Assembly (NCBI RefSeq): GCF_006345805.1
Contig: NC_043001.1
Location: 54,746,001-54,810,000 of the forward strand
Length of the DNA: 64,000 nucleotides
Reading direction: 5' to 3'
DNA from: Octopus sinensis
Lineage: Eukaryota
In this document: one piece after another, positions 26,256 to 38,777 of the stretch
How the letters are laid out: each line of letters begins with the position of its first letter
Position numbering within the stretch: the first letter of the stretch is position 1
The notes under the pieces: generated by a model
What the model saw: only the letters and a program-made list of their open reading frames with translations
The model's database searches: none
What the model was told of the DNA's origin: nothing
Position numbers and translations under genes: made by a program

Positions 26256-27444
26256 TTAAAGATCCTGCAAATTGGCAACCCTTATTTCTCTGACTAAGAC
26301 ATAAAACAAAAAGGTAATAATAGAAATGTGGATAATTGATTGCTGAATATATAGTACAGTATGTCAGGTATTTAGTCCTACTCTGTGGTATTTCTGTTAT
26401 TCCATTGTTTATTTTTGCTTAAGTAATTGTAAGAACAACAAACAACATGGTCAGTGGAGACAAGTGACACCTCTCACTTGCAATATATTCAAATTTTGGC
26501 AATAAAATGTAAATAAGAAAAGAATTCAGAAAATCACCTGTTCTAAAACCCTGCATAGTTTCACCTGAAAGTTAAGGATTTGAGACTGGAGTGGGCTAGG
26601 TTGGGTGGTCGCAGCTGGAAAGGAATCAGTGGTTATTATTGCTGCAAGGATATGCCACAAACAAACCCAAAATTCTTTTTTTTTTTTGGTAATATGAAAG
26701 TTTGTACAAGGATTTCTATCCCAAATGCTAAATTAACAAATTTTGAGGGTGAGCATAATCAATTTAATTGATCACTTTATAACACTTTTGCTTGTATCTG
26801 ATTGGTTCTTATTTTATCAATAAAGAAGGATAAATAACAAAGTTTAGTTAAGAACTGTAACTAGATATTGTAAGGTGTTTAATCCCATAACCCTACTGTT
26901 TCTACCACCCACCAGTCCCATCACACTGCCAGTAAGGATATCTAACATAGGCGCAAGATCACACATTTGAATTAAATAGTCCCCAGTATTTGACTGATAC
27001 TTATTTTATCAACTCCTAGAAAAAATTGTTTCAAATTTTGGCACTAGACCAGCAGTCTTGGAAGAGGGCTGAGTTGATTACATCAACCCCAGTACTCAAC
27101 TATTGACCCCCAAAAGATTGAAAGGCAAAGTCAACCATGGCAGAATTTGAACTCTGAATGTAAAGATGGATGAAATGCTGTTAGGTATTTTGCCCTGTGT
27201 GCTAACAATTCTGCCAGCTTGCTGCCTTAACCTCTAGAAATGATAATAATGATATCTAACTTAGACTTATTTCAAATCCCTCTGTAAGAGATGTTGGCAA
27301 AGAATTTAACCTGACACTATTAATTATACTAATGATGCAAGCCACAACATTATTTCATTGTTTTATTCATTTTCATAAATTTCTACATTTTTATTTTTCA
27401 TCATATATTTTTTCATTACATTTATATAATTTTTTTCATTACAG

Positions 27445-27678
27445 CTTTTGGGTGCCCGGTATTTCTATGTACAAGCTTATCGTTCCCTGAAACACAAATC
27501 TGCCAACATGGATGTACTTGTGTGTCTGGCAATCAGCATCTCTTATATATATTCCACTGTTGTTGTTGTTGTTGCTATAGCTTTAAGGGAGCCTTCTAGT
27601 CCTGTGACATTTTTTGAGACAACCCCAATGTTAGTATTATTTATTTCTCTTGGTCGATGGCTGGAACATATTGCCAAG
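27445..27678 (+). CDS. ATP7: ATP7 exon w7 (234 nt): TM3-TM4 (ANMDVL...FFETTPML...GRWLEHIAK)
   Basis: ttacag|CTT ... AAG|gtaact, phase 0/0. Confidence 0.97.
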
Positions 27679-28973
27679 GTAACTGCCTTTCTTTCATCAT
27701 TGATTTCTTCTTTTAGCATAACATTTTACAGCTTTTGTTGAATTTGGATCCCTTATATAGAAGTGATAATGGTACATTAAATTTTCAGTTAGCTTGGTTA
27801 TATCTAAAATATGGAGGAAACTCTACTCTATAAACACTCTACTTATGGTTTGTCTAATAATATGAGTAAGCAGGATGTGATTAAGCGTGAATAAATTGGA
27901 CTTTGATTCCTGCAGCTGGACCACAGTTGGGAATGGTACTAAATCCACTTTTCATATTTCTGATGGGGTACACAACATTTCATCAGGATAAGTGGTATTA
28001 ACATTCTGCATTGTGGGATGGATCTTCTTGAGTACATCAAGGTGTTAGATATCTTGGTCCTTTGTCATCACTACTTATTAAAACTTAAGTCTTCACTAAA
28101 GTTTCATTAAACTAAGAATGGTTCCCTGAGGGAAAGTCTTAATTTCTTGTAAGAACATTTGGTTCAGTTGTATTTTTATAATGCTTAGTTGGAATGTCTT
28201 TAATTCATATGTCTTTTCAGACTGGGCTTATTTGCAGATAAACAATGACATCTATATTGTCGTCATCATCATCATAATTTAACACCAGTTTTCCATGTTT
28301 GAGTTACACACCATAACAAAGACTGGCAAGGCCAGAGGCTGCACCAGGTTCCATAATCTGCTTTGGCTTGGTTTCTACAGCCAGATGCCCTTCCTAATAC
28401 AACCAATTTACAGAGTGCACCAGGTGCTTTTTATGTAGCACCATCACTACGTATATAAATAAAAAAAAAAAAAAGAAGTTTCTATTATTTTACTGCTCTT
28501 TCTTCCAACTCTTATTTTGAACTTTGATACAACACTTATGTAGTCTGTCCTTGTTAGAAATATGTCCTCAGAACTGCTAATTCAGTGAATTTCCTGAAAG
28601 TTAAGTGAAAGGCTATGTGTTGAACTGTTCTCAAAAGCTGATAGTCATGAAGCAATAGCTTCAGACAGCACATTAAATAATATGTAATAAACAAATTTCC
28701 CTTAAATCATTTTCTACTTCAGTAGCCATGTTGTGATTTGAGGAAGATTTGGCTGTTATGTTGTTATAGTCACATGATATATCATTGTAGCAACTGGATA
28801 CATTGTTGTAGCCACAATATATATGATGTGTTTATAGCTACTGTAGAGAATAAGTATTATATAGATATTAGAATTGTTGAGCTAACAGTAATTGAAAATC
28901 TCAGTATTTTGTCTTGGGTTGAATTTAAATAAAAATTGTATTTTCATCTTTACTCATTCTGTTTTTCTTATAG

Positions 28974-29111
28974 GGCAAGACATCAGAGGCTATTGCTAAA
29001 CTCCTTTCCTTACAAGCTTCCGAAGCACTTTTAGTCTACATGAAAGACGGTAACATTATCAAAGAAGAGACAATAAATGTTGATTTAGTGCAGAGAGGAG
29101 ACATATTGAAG
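28974..29111 (+). CDS. ATP7: ATP7 exon w8 (138 nt): [15 protein letters not shown]...VQRGDILK
   Basis: ttatag|GGC ... AAG|gtatga, phase 0/0. Confidence 0.96.
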
Positions 29112-30723
29112 GTATGATATAGTTACTATTACACTGTGTAACATGCTTTTTGTCATTGGGTAGCAAGTGTTATTTCATATTTGCTTACCCCAGAAAGTAT
29201 GAAAAATGGTTGATGTCTCCTTCAAACTTTGCTTTTGTTACATTTATTCAAATCCCAAAGAATCCCTCTCAACACATGACTATAATACTCTCCAACTACT
29301 CCTGCTCATGATCAGAGATGCACATATTGTTATCCACTAAGAGTCAAGCTCAAGTGGTTATAGTCTAGCAACTGACAAGCAAATGTATGGTATTGAATAA
29401 AATATTTGCTATAATGTAATTTCTGCTTTAGCAACACAGTGCTGAATTTATCTGAAATGTAATGTAAAATAGGTCAGTGTGAAAACATTGATGTTCAGAT
29501 CACAAAAGCAAAGTTTACAGGGAATAGTAGTGATTTCCTTTGAATTTTAGATAGAAGCAAATAGGAAATAACACTTACTGACCAATGACAAAAAAAAAAA
29601 ATTTTAATTTTGTTACACAGTATTATCATTATTGCCATGAGGATCTTATCATATTTGCACAGATTTGATGCATGAACTTGGGCCACCAGAAGTACAGTTG
29701 TGTGACTTCTAACTTGCTTTTCACCACTAGCATTGTGTTCAGTAGTACCTAGATGCTTATTTATTTTTATTTAGAGGCAAGTAAACAGATAAACAAATTA
29801 AATACAACAGTTTGAGATTGATATACAATATATATATATAGCCATATCTAGCCAAAATATTCTTCTTGTTTTATATTCAAACTGGTCAGATCTGGCCTTT
29901 CACACCAACCCTACACTATCATTCTAAAAATTAACCCTCATCAAACTCTTAAAGTTACAAAATAATGCATTTATTAATTCAAAACAATGTGAATAAATAA
30001 GCATTACATTTGACAAAATAATGTGAATGCCAAAGGGTTAAAGGTGCATATATCTGTGGAATACTCAGCCACTTACATACAAATTTATTGCGTAGGTAAT
30101 TCAGTTAATCAAATAACTGAATACTTATTGTGAATCAATTTGCTTTTTCTGTGCATAGGCAAGAGTGGATGGTTCTTGTGGAAATACTTGTTTTCTCAAG
30201 CTGATTGTCTTCCTAACTAACTATCCAACTGTAAAAATGATAGTCAACAATGGAACTTCTGGGTGGCCACTTCACCGCTAGAAATTGCAAGCACCCCCTC
30301 CCCTCAAATCAAATAGTGAAGGATGCATTATGTAATGTAGCTCTAGATACATCGTCTGAAATAAGGAAAACAGTATAGTCAGGGCTTATGGTCAAAGGCA
30401 AGGTGTATGCTTATACACACACCATCATCATCATCATCAACATTTAACATTCATTTTTCATGCTGGCATGGGTTGGACAGCTTGACAGAAACTAGCAAGG
30501 CCAGGGGCTGCACAAGGTACCATAGTCTGTTTTAGTTTGGTTTCTATGGCTGGATGCCCTTCCTAATGCCAACCACTTTACATGGCACCAGTACCAGCGT
30601 GTTTTACATGGAACCTATGTAATAACCACTTTAGTGTGTAAAATGTGTAAAAGAAATAGTTTTTGAAGAGGAATAATTATAATGAAATGTATTGACTGTT
30701 CTAGTTTTTTTCTTTAACTGTAG

Positions 30724-30832
30724 GTTCTTCCTGGAGAGAAAATCCCTGTGGATGCAAAAGTTATAGAGGGTTTGTCTTCATGTGATGAATCTCTAATCAC
30801 AGGAGAATCTATGCCTGTCTCCAAAAAACCTG
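30724..30832 (+). CDS. ATP7: ATP7 exon w9 (109 nt): A-domain with [12 protein letters not shown]
   Basis: ctgtag|GTT ... CTG|gtaaga, phase 0/1; TGES motif. Confidence 0.97.
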
Positions 30833-31728
30833 GTAAGATATAGTTTGACTGATTTATAACCTTATTTCTAATGAAGCACTCTGTGTGTTTCAAATAATTT
30901 TGAAAATAGTCAAGGATTTGGAGGCATTTAATAAAAGAACATTAACAAAAAAAAAATTTGACATAAAATTTATGATAAATATCTATTCAAAGAGGAACAC
31001 TTAATTGTACAATCAACAGGGTGAAAATTCAGGTCAATAGATGAACCTTTACACTGTTACTCAGTCGATTATGTTGTTAGATCACACCCTGCTACTTTTA
31101 TTTAAAAAAGAAATAAAAAAATTTAAAAAAAAAGGCATTTGGATTGATGTAGTTTGAGATATATCTGGAAAACGTCTGCAAGAGCCAGTAGAAAGTTGGA
31201 TATAACTACCTTGCAGTATTTATTTTGGTTCCTTGCATTCTGGGTTCATATTTTGCTGGGGTCAGCTTTGCCTTCTATACTTCTGGGATCAACAAATTAA
31301 ATACCTCCCTAGGGCAGTGGTTGATAGAATCATTAGAGCATTTGTACTCTGATTTCAAAACCCACCATATCCTGCTCTAGTGACTGACTCTGTTACCTAG
31401 TTTAACACTATCACTTGATCTTTGTATGCTTTTATTGGAATATTCTCTGTTACAAGCATTTGAGCTAAGTCTCTAGTTTGAGAATACCTTCCTTTATCTT
31501 TCTCTCAGTAGTCTCGAAGGTTCTGTAAAGGGGTCATGGGTTCATCCCTTCTCTCCTGACTGATATAAGAAACGAAGTATTAAATAAAACATCATCAGTC
31601 AATGACTAGTATATATTCTCTAAAATATTCTTATTTTGGTTTCAACCATTTTAAACTTTGGCTATACTCATTATTTGTATTCTCTTTGTCTTCAGTTTCC
31701 TTAAAATGTAAACATTACTGTATTTCAG

Positions 31729-31853
31729 GGTCGTCTTTAATTGGTGGTTCCTTAAACCAACTCGGAACGTTGCTGATAGAAGCTACACATGTCGGTACAG
31801 ATACCACACTGTCACAAATTGTTAAACTTGTAGAGGAGGCTCAAGTTTCAAAA
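31729..31853 (+). CDS. ATP7: ATP7 exon w10 (125 nt): [10 protein letters not shown]...[12 protein letters not shown]
   Basis: tttcag|GG ... AAA|gtatgt, phase 1/0. Confidence 0.96.
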
Positions 31854-32485
31854 GTATGTGGAATGTTTTTTTTGTTTCTCTTTCTCTCTTTCCTCTCTTC
31901 TGTTTTCTCTCCCTGTCTATCTATTTCTTTCCACTTTCTCCTTTCATGTCTCTCACCTGTTTCCTCTCTTTTCTGTTTCTTCCTTCTCTTTCTCTCTGAT
32001 GTTGATGACATGTCATTTAACTGGTTTTCTACCACCTTAAAACAACTTCAAATCATTTATGAATAGAAGACCCAGAACTTGTGTATTATTCTTTCTGATG
32101 TTCTTCTCTGGCAAAATCTTATATTTTAGTAAGGTCATCTTGATTTTCTGTAATCCTAGTCAGTTCTGCTTAAGATGATCTCTGGCATGAAGTTAAAACC
32201 AATAGAGCACTTTGGAAAATATCTTAATATATCCCATCACACTAGATATGCTTATATTTCAGTGTGATTTAGGGCTATACTGTTATTGCTTTCTCTTTTT
32301 GTGTGTGTGTGAGATGCAATGCAGTAATCTAGGTGTTTTCACTCTCACTAATGACATGACTCTGTAGCTGGAACAGAATCTCTTATCAATGGTTTGGTTT
32401 CTATAAATGGATACCTTTTATTAACACCAGCCATTTCTGAATATGTATCATCCCAAACTGAAATTAATCTCACTTTTATTTTCAG

Positions 32486-32620
32486 GCTCCAATCCAACAG
32501 TTAGCAGATAAGATTGCTGGTTATTTTGTTCCAATGGTTGTGTTTGTCTCTGTGCTCACTCTTATCATTTGGATTATCATTGGCTATCATGATATTAAGT
32601 TGATTGACAAAAGTTTTAAG
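32486..32620 (+). CDS. ATP7: ATP7 exon w11 (135 nt): [18 protein letters not shown]5
   Basis: tttcag|GCT ... AAG|gtataa, phase 0/0. Confidence 0.96.
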
Positions 32621-34005
32621 GTATAATACTTTATATTTTTTTTTAAACTTGAATTTTTTTTTTTTACAAAAGTCTTAATAACCAAACTATTTGTTATAAT
32701 TAGATATTTCTCTTCTTATAAATGATATTATTTTTTCTTTTTTATGTATTTATGTATACTGCTGTTCTTGTTTGTTATTCATCCATTTTATTTCATCACC
32801 TTTATTTACATATACATTGTTGAGGAGACTGGTTTGACTACTCAATGTCTTTCTTCTTATAAGCAAGGGTTCATGGACATTTTATAATCAAGAATTAGGG
32901 GATATTAATGTTTAGGAAAACTAATGTGGGAAAAGTAGTGTATCTTGTGTAATGGTTTTGATGATTGCATCTGCATTTGATCTTGTGTCTTTGACATCAC
33001 AGTCACATTGCCTTTTACTGTAATATGGTTGTTTTTTTTTATAGTCCTCAAATAAGTTTGGTAAGCATGCCTTTCTGAGCCATATTTACAACTGATGTGA
33101 GCTGAAAGAGTGAAAGAGAAGAGAGAGAGAGAAAAATTGGTATTTAGTATCAAATTACCTACTCACTGGTATAGTTTAGTGAACCAAGATCCAACCTCCA
33201 ACCAAGATCAGAAGTGGAACTTATATTTTAACTCATTTTTCTCATGCTTTTATGAGTTGGTTGTCTCTGGGTTTTGTGATATTTTTGAGTAAGCCAAAAA
33301 TATCACAAAAGCACAATATATATATATATATATATATATACATACACACATATATAGGGTCTGCTTAAATCAAACCAAGCCAGCCAGTATACTGAGACCA
33401 TTCTATGATACCATTTAAAAGTATGTCTTCATTGAGCCTGTTTAGAATTGGATCTTGGATAGTTATTGACAGAAAATTCCAGGATAGGTAGGGTAATTGC
33501 CATCATTAGCATTACTATCATTACCTTTCTTTTCACTAGCATTATCATCATTTTAATTATTGTTGTTACCATTGTTAGTTCTGTGTTTTCTTTCCACCAT
33601 AAAAACAGTTATGATGTGGAACTTACATAAGACTACATTTGAAAACCAATGACCTGTGATATTTAACCCTTTAGCACTCAGATTACAAAGTGAATAACTG
33701 CTTGTTTATTCACTTTGTTTTAAATTTATCATTCATTATCTCATAGCTTTAAGCTTTTGATGATGTTATTGTGTATTTTCTATTTTTAGAATGACATTAT
33801 AGGGTACATATGAGATATCAGGTCTGTCTGGTCTGGATATAAAACAGGTATACTATTTGGGCTGGATATGACCGGTTTAAAATCTAAAGGGTTAATAGAT
33901 GTAAATCTAAGTATTGATTTATTGTATTCCTTCATTTGTTTGATTCATTGATGTTATGTAAACAAATCTAATTGATGTTACCATACACTGTTTGTTGCTT
34001 CACAG

Positions 34006-34197
34006 GAAGATGGTCCTTTGACAAAACATGAATTGATATTCCAATATGCTTTCCAGTATGCAATTACTGTTTTAAGTATTGCATGCCCCTGTGCTCTGGG
34101 TTTGGCCACACCCACTGCTGTAATGGTCGGTACAGGGGTTGGTGCCACTAATGGCATTCTCATCAAAGGCGGTGAACCTCTGGAACTGACACATAAG
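34006..34197 (+). CDS. ATP7: ATP7 exon w12A (192 nt): canonical TM6 exon ...[40 protein letters not shown]
   Basis: tcacag|GAA ... AAG|gtaaga, phase 0/0; CPC motif. Confidence 0.97.
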
Positions 34198-35061
34198 GTA
34201 AGATCTAGGGAACAGTCAGCAAGGTTTACAGAAAAGTGTTCTTTGTTAATGCCTCTCTTGCGAGATGTTCTTTGTGTTGTTTTTATATTGACAAGTTTCT
34301 TTGCTTTGTTGACACTGAATTTTTTCACTTGCAGATACATCTACTTTTCTTTCAAGGTACAAACATTGTCTTTGTATGTGTATCTATGTATACATATAGG
34401 TCCATAAACTACATATATCATAGGTCATAGATATCAGATGGTCAACACATTTTTACTATATGCGAATATTTGGACAACTTTAGTGATGTGATAGCCTTTT
34501 AAAATTATGCTATCGTTTGGTTCAAAATTCTTATTTAGATCAGGATGGGGATTCTGCATACTCACAATCTGAAGTTGTATGGCAACAATGGAAAACAACA
34601 GGTTCTTTTGCTACTTGTTGCATTGATTTTACTTGAAGGAGGATTTAACATTAGTATCACAGTATCAAAAGATTTGTCTGTTCATTGCTTCCTACAACAA
34701 TGAAATATAACTCTGATATCAAATTTATCTTGAAGTAATTAAAGAAGTGTGAATGTTACAGATATTGTAGCCCCATTTGTATACCATAGCTGTTATCAGA
34801 ATATAACTGTTGGATATCTGCTGCTGCTAATAATGATGTACATAAACAAGTCTTTTGTACAGCTTCTGGATATCTGTGTAAGACTATTTGTAGAGTTTTT
34901 GATGAACTAATATCTATCTCTTGGTTGTTTACAGGTGGATTAAACTGAAATACCAACAATTATCTGGTCTTTGATACTTGCTAGTACCTCTTCTCAGGCA
35001 AATATATTGCATTAAGACTGAAAAAAATATTAAACATGTATGTTTCTTAATTCATCTTCAG

Positions 35062-35253
35062 GCTTATGGTACTTGGCATTATCTTCGTGTGGTATTTACA
35101 GCTGCTGTCCAATACTCACTCACAGTTTTAACAGTGGCTTGTCCATGTGGTCTTGGTCTTGCCACACCCACAGCCATTGTCGTAAGTCTTGGGGTAGGCA
35201 GCAGTATTGGCCTTCTTATCAAAGGTGGGATTCCTTTAGAAAATATATCAAAG
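35062..35253 (+). CDS. ATP7: ATP7 alternative exon w12B (192 nt): diverged duplicate TM6 exon ...[40 protein letters not shown]
   Basis: cttcag|GCT ... AAG|gtaaga. Same length and phase as w12A, open frame, CPC kept, 34/64 aa identical. Usage in mRNA is inferred. Confidence 0.85.
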
Positions 35254-38200
35254 GTAAGATGGTCAGTACAGCATAACCAAGCGCTGAGTTCATGATATAC
35301 CTCTGGTAATGGGCTTACACCATTTTCTTTTGCTATGGTGATTAAAGTTGCCTACCCTTTGCTCTCCCCCTAATCTCCTTTTGAACAAACTGGAGTCCTT
35401 AATCCCATCAGCTACATTTTATTTTTTAAAGCTTTCTAGTATTCCAACACCTTTTAAGAGAGAAAAAAAAACTGTTTCTCATTTACCCCACTGGTCAGAT
35501 TTGGGTTTAGGAATTCTTCTTTAGCTTATTTATCATTTTTTTTTCATTCAAAGCTTTTATAAAATGTTTGTATATTGAAGGTGAAAGTTACTGATGTTTC
35601 TGTCTGTGATATTTTTGTCACGATGTTATATTATATAATTGATAATTAATTTTAACTTGATGATTTTTACCATAAAATCATATTAAAAAAACATTTTTTT
35701 GAAAAAATTAAATAACTCACAATCAGTGTTGTATTATTAATAATAATAAAATAACCCCAATATTGTACTAAGATAGAAAGATGATGTTAATAAAGTGCCT
35801 TTATTTTTTTCATGGGATAGTGGTAACAAAATTGGTAGAGTGACAGGTAATATACCTTGTGTTTTGGGGTTCTGAGTTCAGATCTTGCCAAAGTCAAGAA
35901 CAAAGTACCAGTCAAGTATTGCGACTGATAAAAAAAAATCCATTGGTCCTTCCCTACATAAATTTCTGCTCTTGTATCTATATAGGAAATCATAAATGTG
36001 TCATTTAAGAGTAACAGTAGGGAAAAACAGTTGAGTGCCTTACAGATCTAGGCTTATTTATGTTCTTAGTTCAAATTAAACGAAGTTTAACTTTGCATTT
36101 CAGCTCTTTGGGACTCAGTAAAATAAATACCAGTCATTAACTGGTGGCTGATTCAGTTGACTACCCTACACAGATTTGGAACTTTGTGCTAAATGTAAAC
36201 TTGTTAGATTGAATTCTTGGACTGCAGCAGTACAAGTGTTATAATAAGCAAAGAAATCAATATTATTAACTATGACAGCTTGTTAAGGTTGACTTTGCAT
36301 TTCATCCTTTGTGTTGCTGTGGTTTGACCTTAATGAAGCAGACCTATGATCAAAGCATTATAGTCATGACTGTCCCCTCTCTTTAAACCTATTTAGGACT
36401 GCTTTACCTAATAAATGTGGTTCTTATTTAAGACAGTAAGATGTGATCTGAGAAGATTTGGTTGCTATTTCTAACAGATTGACCAACCACATTGATGCTC
36501 CTTCATTACAAAAAAAAAAAATCCTTTTGCATGCTGATGATTACAAAGTGAAATTTTTAACCATTTTGCCATTCATTCATTCATTCACACACACGTGTGT
36601 GTGTGAGAAATATTGGTATTTACATGGCCCTGTCAAGTGACCTGGTATGATCACACAGTTCCTTGAACAAGTGTCTTTTATCATGGGTCAGGTTTCACTC
36701 AAGCTTTGTTCTTGACATTCAACATAAAAGCACATCAGGTTGTTTGAAATGGTCGTTAAATAATAGCTTTAATCTGTTGCCCAGTTTAATGCCACCAGTT
36801 GGCTCTTTATTGAGTTCAGCAAAGTTCTCTCTATTACAAGCATTTGAATCACATTTCTGGTCTGAGAAATGATCATATGATTGCTGTTTCATCATTTCTT
36901 TATTTCCCCTTCTCCTTTGTCACTCGTGGATGCACTGCATAAAGAGATGAATGAATGCACTGCTGGAATATGCAATAAGAAGGGACAATGGTTGAAGTAA
37001 GAACGTTATGTATGTAATCAGTAAGGTGTTCTGTTAGAGAGAGAAAAATTAAAGAAAATGCTGTCTCTTCCTTGTCTGTTAAGTCATATTTATTTTTAAA
37101 GAAAAGTGGTTGGGATGTAAGACAGAATCAATTGGGTGGGATTTGAACTCAGAGCATAAAAGAAGATAACTAAATTTTGCATTACAAACTCTTTTGTACA
37201 TTATTTGAGAAGAATACTAAATATTGTATGTTGTATTGAAATTTATGAAATTTTATCAGTTGTAACAGTAATATGTTTTGTAATAAAAATTCTAAGGGTT
37301 TTTAATTAAACTGCTATTTTCTAATTATATTATTGAATTTGTGTGGGTTACATTAATGCATTGTTACATTGCTCATATTAGTAGATGTGGCAATAATATT
37401 AGTAGGTATGTAAGTTACTAGAATTGTGGATTATGTTTGTGGGTAGGATAGTGTTACTTTGCTCAATTAATAGCTATTTTAACATATTGATACATTGATA
37501 ATATTAGTACATATATGAGGGTCACATTGTTAGATATGTGGGTCATATTAGATATGTAGGTCATATAAGTGTATGTATGTGTATATACATACATATATAT
37601 ATAGTAATAATTTTATATTTGGGTATACACCTTGTAGTATGCTATTTAAAGCCTGTTCACAGTATTTGGTTACCTGATATCAACAACTGTATGCAAGTAT
37701 ATGCCACTGGATTTACTTCAGGAATTCCAGTACCCATAGAGTTTATAAAAATATGATAAAGAAAATGGAATTCACAAGACTCTTTATTATTCACTACAAT
37801 CATTTCAACCCATTGTGCACCAGTGCCTATGATACATGCAACTGTTTGTACAACATCTCAAGCCATGAGGTACCATTGCATGATGGGTCAAAATGATCAT
37901 AGTGAATAATAGTCTCATGAATTCCATTTTCTTTCTCTCATATTTATACCCCAACCTATATATATATTCTGAGATCCCCTTCAGTCACGACACAGACCAT
38001 GGGATTGCACCTAGAAAGTTACCCTCTGAGGTACAAGTCTGGGCAAGGTTGCTTATGGAAGACCAGCAGCCACCCACGCATACCAGCCTCCCCTCTCCAT
38101 GCCACCGATGTTATCCAAGGGAAAGGCAATGACCTATACAGCTTGGCACCAGTGACGTCGCAGCTCATTTATTAACGTCCAAGTGGCTGAGCACTCCACA

Positions 38201-38594
38201 GACACGTGTACCCTTAACGTAGTTCTCGGGGAAATTCAGCATGACACAGAGTGTGACAAGGTTAGCCCCTTTGAAATACAGGTACAACAGAAACAGGAAG
38301 AGAGAGTGAGAGAAAGTTGTGGTGAAAGAGTACAGCAGGGTTCACCACAACCCCTTGCCAGAGCCTCGTGGAGCTTTAGGTGTTTTCACTCAATAAACAC
38401 TCACAATGCCCGGTCTGGGAATCGAAACCACAATCCTGCAACCGCTGGGCCATTTATATATATAAAGTGGGTCACATTAATAATTATATAGATCCTTCCC
38501 TTGTAAATATGTATGTTACACTTGTAGATATATAAACCATTCTAGTTTAACATGTTCCACTTATTTAAACCATGTTTATTCTTATTTTTGATAG

Positions 38595-38777
38595 GTGAAG
38601 AACATTGTGTTTGACAAAACTGGCACCATCACTCATGGAATACCCCGTGTGGCAAGAATCTGTACTTTTGTTGAGAGTCATGTGTGTTCATTTGTGAAGC
38701 TACTTGCTATTGCAGGAACTGCAGAGACCAGCAGTGAACACCCTATTGCTGCAGCAATTGTGAAATATGCTAAGCAG
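38595..38777 (+). CDS. ATP7: ATP7 exon w13 (183 nt): phosphorylation site DKTGT and SEHP
   Basis: tgatag|GTG ... CAG|gtaatt, phase 0/0. Confidence 0.98.

Noticed and set aside
34544-34636. Possible third TM6-exon copy (cag|DGDSAYSQSEVVWQ..., faintly like LTKHELIFQ)
   Set aside because: No CPC or LGLATP in any frame I read, a stop after about 30 codons, and no convincing donor.
34770-34860. Possible decayed duplicate of the TM5 exon (AP...VGY...INKSF)
   Set aside because: Only scattered short matches, 29 aa vs 44 aa spacing, and the acceptor is out of frame; consistent with chance.
35062-35253. Exon B as part of a separate nested ATP7 paralogue or processed pseudogene
   Set aside because: No other duplicated ATP7 exon was found, and B retains its own splice sites in the same orientation and phase as A.
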